From Phycisphaerae bacterium (GTDB lineage: Bacteria > Planctomycetota > Phycisphaerae > UBA1845 > PWPN01): 64,000 nt of DNA. A program made the translations under genes and the position numbers. This document shows positions 62,533 to 64,000 of the stretch, piece after piece; position 1 is the first letter of the stretch; each line of letters opens with the position of its first letter. The DNA lies in the NCBI GenBank assembly GCA_012729395.1, contig JAAYDF010000143.1, positions 7,971 to 71,970 on the forward strand, written 5' to 3'. The notes under the pieces are model-generated. The model was not told the origin of the DNA. It did no database searches and saw nothing but the letters and a program-made list of their open reading frames with translations.

Positions 62533-64000
62533 TCAGTCCACGCCGCCGACCGAACACACCACCCGGACCCCGAGGGTGGTGAAGCGGGTGCCCGGGGAGT
62601 AGTTGTTGCGGTTCGCCGCGCGGCAGATGTACGCGCCGGCGTACCACGAGCTGCCGCGCAACACGCGGGAGCTTCCCGTCGCTGGCCCGCGCGGGTTGTT
62701 GTACGGACTGCTGCTGTAGTACGTGCCGCCGTACCAGTCGTTGCACCACTCCCACACGTTGCCCGCCATGTCGTACAGCCCGTAGCCGTTCGGGGCAAAA
62801 TAGCCTACCGGGCTGGTGTAGGGCATACCGCCTACCGCGAACGTCGGGTGATACGTCCCCGTGGTATACGGGCTCGTATCGTACGTGTAGGCGCTGCCGT
62901 TCGCTCTGTAGTTGGCGTGATCGTGATTGATCGTGTTGCCATGCGGGAAGCGTTGTCCCGACACGCCTCCCCGGGCCGCCTTCTCCCATTCGGCCTCCGT
63001 CGGTAGCCGGTAGCCGTTGGCATCCCACTTCACGTACGGCGCCAACTCGCCCGTCCTGTAAACCGTCGTCAACCCCGCGTCGGCGTAGTAGCAGGGCGTC
63101 CGACCTTCCGCCTCCGAACGGGCGTTGGCCCATTTCACGCAGTCAAACCAGTTGACGCTGTGCACCGGATGGTTCGCCCCTTTGCCGCCTCCGGCGATCA
63201 GGTCGGTATAGCCGCTCGACAGCCCCCAGGACCGCTCCGTGTTCCACAGCTCCTTGGTCACCTCATACCGATCCATGTAGAAGGCATCCACCCAGACGGC
63301 ATGCACGGGCTGCTCGTTTGACGAGCCCTCATTGAACGTATCGCCCATTTGGAACTCGCCGGCGGGGATCAGGACCATGCCGGGGGGCAGACAGACCGCC
63401 GCCGTGTTCAGGTTGTTCCGCACGGTCACCAGGTCGAAGATGTTGATGCTGCCGTCGGCGTTGACGTCTGCTCGAAAATTGCTCGCCGTCACCGGCTGGT
63501 TCAACTGGTTGCGGACCTGCACCAGGTCGAAGATGTTGACCGCGCCGTCACCGTTGACGTCGCCGACCAAGACCCGGATGCGCACCCAGGTCTCGCTCTC
63601 CAGGCCGGCAACACCCGACACACCCAGCACCAGGCAGATGCCGTTCGGGACGTCGCCCAGCTCGACCGTCGCCTGCGAGCCTTCCACCAGGATCGCGTCC
63701 ACAGAGCCCGCAGAGGTCTGTACATCGACCCCATCGGCCGGCCCGCTGAAGGTCAGCACCACCTGCGTTGGCCCGCCGGCTCGGCACTCCAGGCCCACGT
63801 TGGCATTGGTTCCGACTCCCAGGTCGAGGTCAAACTCGCCAGCCGTTCCGTGACTCTTCCGCGACACCGCTGACAGGAGAACTACCCCGCTGTTCTCAAC
63901 CCCAGGTTGCCCTGCGACTGCTTGGGGGGCTTCTTGGGGCGACAAAGGCTTACCGGCGGCCTCTCCCCACACGGGGCACACCGAGAACGTCCCGATCAAC
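62533..64000 (-). CDS. Partial CDS (N-terminus off-window): SRxHG beta-sandwich plus double dockerin repeat fused to a formylglycine-generating-enzyme (SUMF1/FGE-sulfatase) domain
   Basis: GDVNGDGAVNIFDLVQVRNQLNQ...ADVNADGSINIFDLVTVRNNLN, then MVLIPAGEFQMGD...PVHAVWVDAFYMDRYEVT...GYRLPTEAEWEKAARGG...WEW..DWY...RVLRGSSW (FGE family). Confidence 0.8.
   Translation of the reverse strand, partial: LIGTFSVCPVWGEAAGKPLSPQEAPQAVAGQPGVENSGVVLLSAVSRKSHGTAGEFDLDLGVGTNANVGLECRAGGPTQVVLTFSGPADGVDVQTSAGSVDAILVEGSQATVELGDVPNGICLVLGVSGVAGLESETWVRIRVLVGDVNGDGAVNIFDLVQVRNQLNQPVTASNFRADVNADGSINIFDLVTVRNNLNTAAVCLPPGMVLIPAGEFQMGDTFNEGSSNEQPVHAVWVDAFYMDRYEVTKELWNTERSWGLSSGYTDLIAGGGKGANHPVHSVNWFDCVKWANARSEAEGRTPCYYADAGLTTVYRTGELAPYVKWDANGYRLPTEAEWEKAARGGVSGQRFPHGNTINHDHANYRANGSAYTYDTSPYTTGTYHPTFAVGGMPYTSPVGYFAPNGYGLYDMAGNVWEWCNDWYGGTYYSSSPYNNPRGPATGSSRVLRGSSWYAGAYICRAANRNNYSPGTRFTTLGVRVVCSVGGVD

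Overview
This is a high-GC, gene-dense bacterial chromosomal window with about 55 supportable genes. The ORF track also contains many long antisense ORFs of the kind typical of GC-rich DNA. The gene content suggests a Planctomycetota/PVC-type genome: dockerin-tagged giant secreted proteins, a PEP-CTERM protein, Tat and lipoprotein signals, several palindromic intergenic repeat families, and a Gsp operon with Pil-like assembly proteins. That placement is inference only; no search was run.

Layout:
- 1-7.4 kb: a partial zinc-ribbon membrane protein, a 1542-aa dockerin-tagged surface protein, purE and mtnA.
- 7.7-9.8 kb: a tandem array of six small secreted or lipoprotein-like mini-genes.
- 10-11.1 kb: a GntR/LacI regulator.
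- 11.6-14.6 kb: an isolated Mu-type head module (gpI-like protease/scaffold, DUF2190-like protein, gpT-like major capsid) with no portal, terminase or tail genes, followed by an orphan ParA.
- 16.4-18.5 kb: a hybrid PAS histidine kinase and a tRNA with anticodon CAU.
- 18.8-34.3 kb: a minus-strand T2SS-like operon, gspE-F-G-H-I-J-K, then PilM/N-like, PilO-like and PilP/GspC-like genes, then gspD, then a PD40 beta-propeller lipoprotein. A lipocalin-like lipoprotein lies downstream.
- 34.9-64 kb: a second dockerin protein, a Tat metallophosphoesterase, a DUF1593-like protein, cheX-cheY, a NUDIX hydrolase, a promoter/terminator-bounded candidate small RNA, a DegT-type aminotransferase, a radical SAM protein and a TolC-like lipoprotein. 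These are followed by a phosphohexomutase-like gene with a degenerate active site coupled to an M16 peptidase pair, then an MqnD-like protein, a DUF4432-like protein, a PEP-CTERM protein, clpS, a beta-helix/metzincin protein, dapF, a HigB/HigA-like toxin-antitoxin pair and a partial dockerin-FGE fusion.

The most interesting candidates are the small-protein array, the orphan capsid module plus ParA, the hybrid T2SS operon with its repeat-laden gspE-gspF spacer, the candidate sRNA, and the phosphohexomutase-like/M16 operon. All family assignments come from motif recognition by eye. No database search was run.
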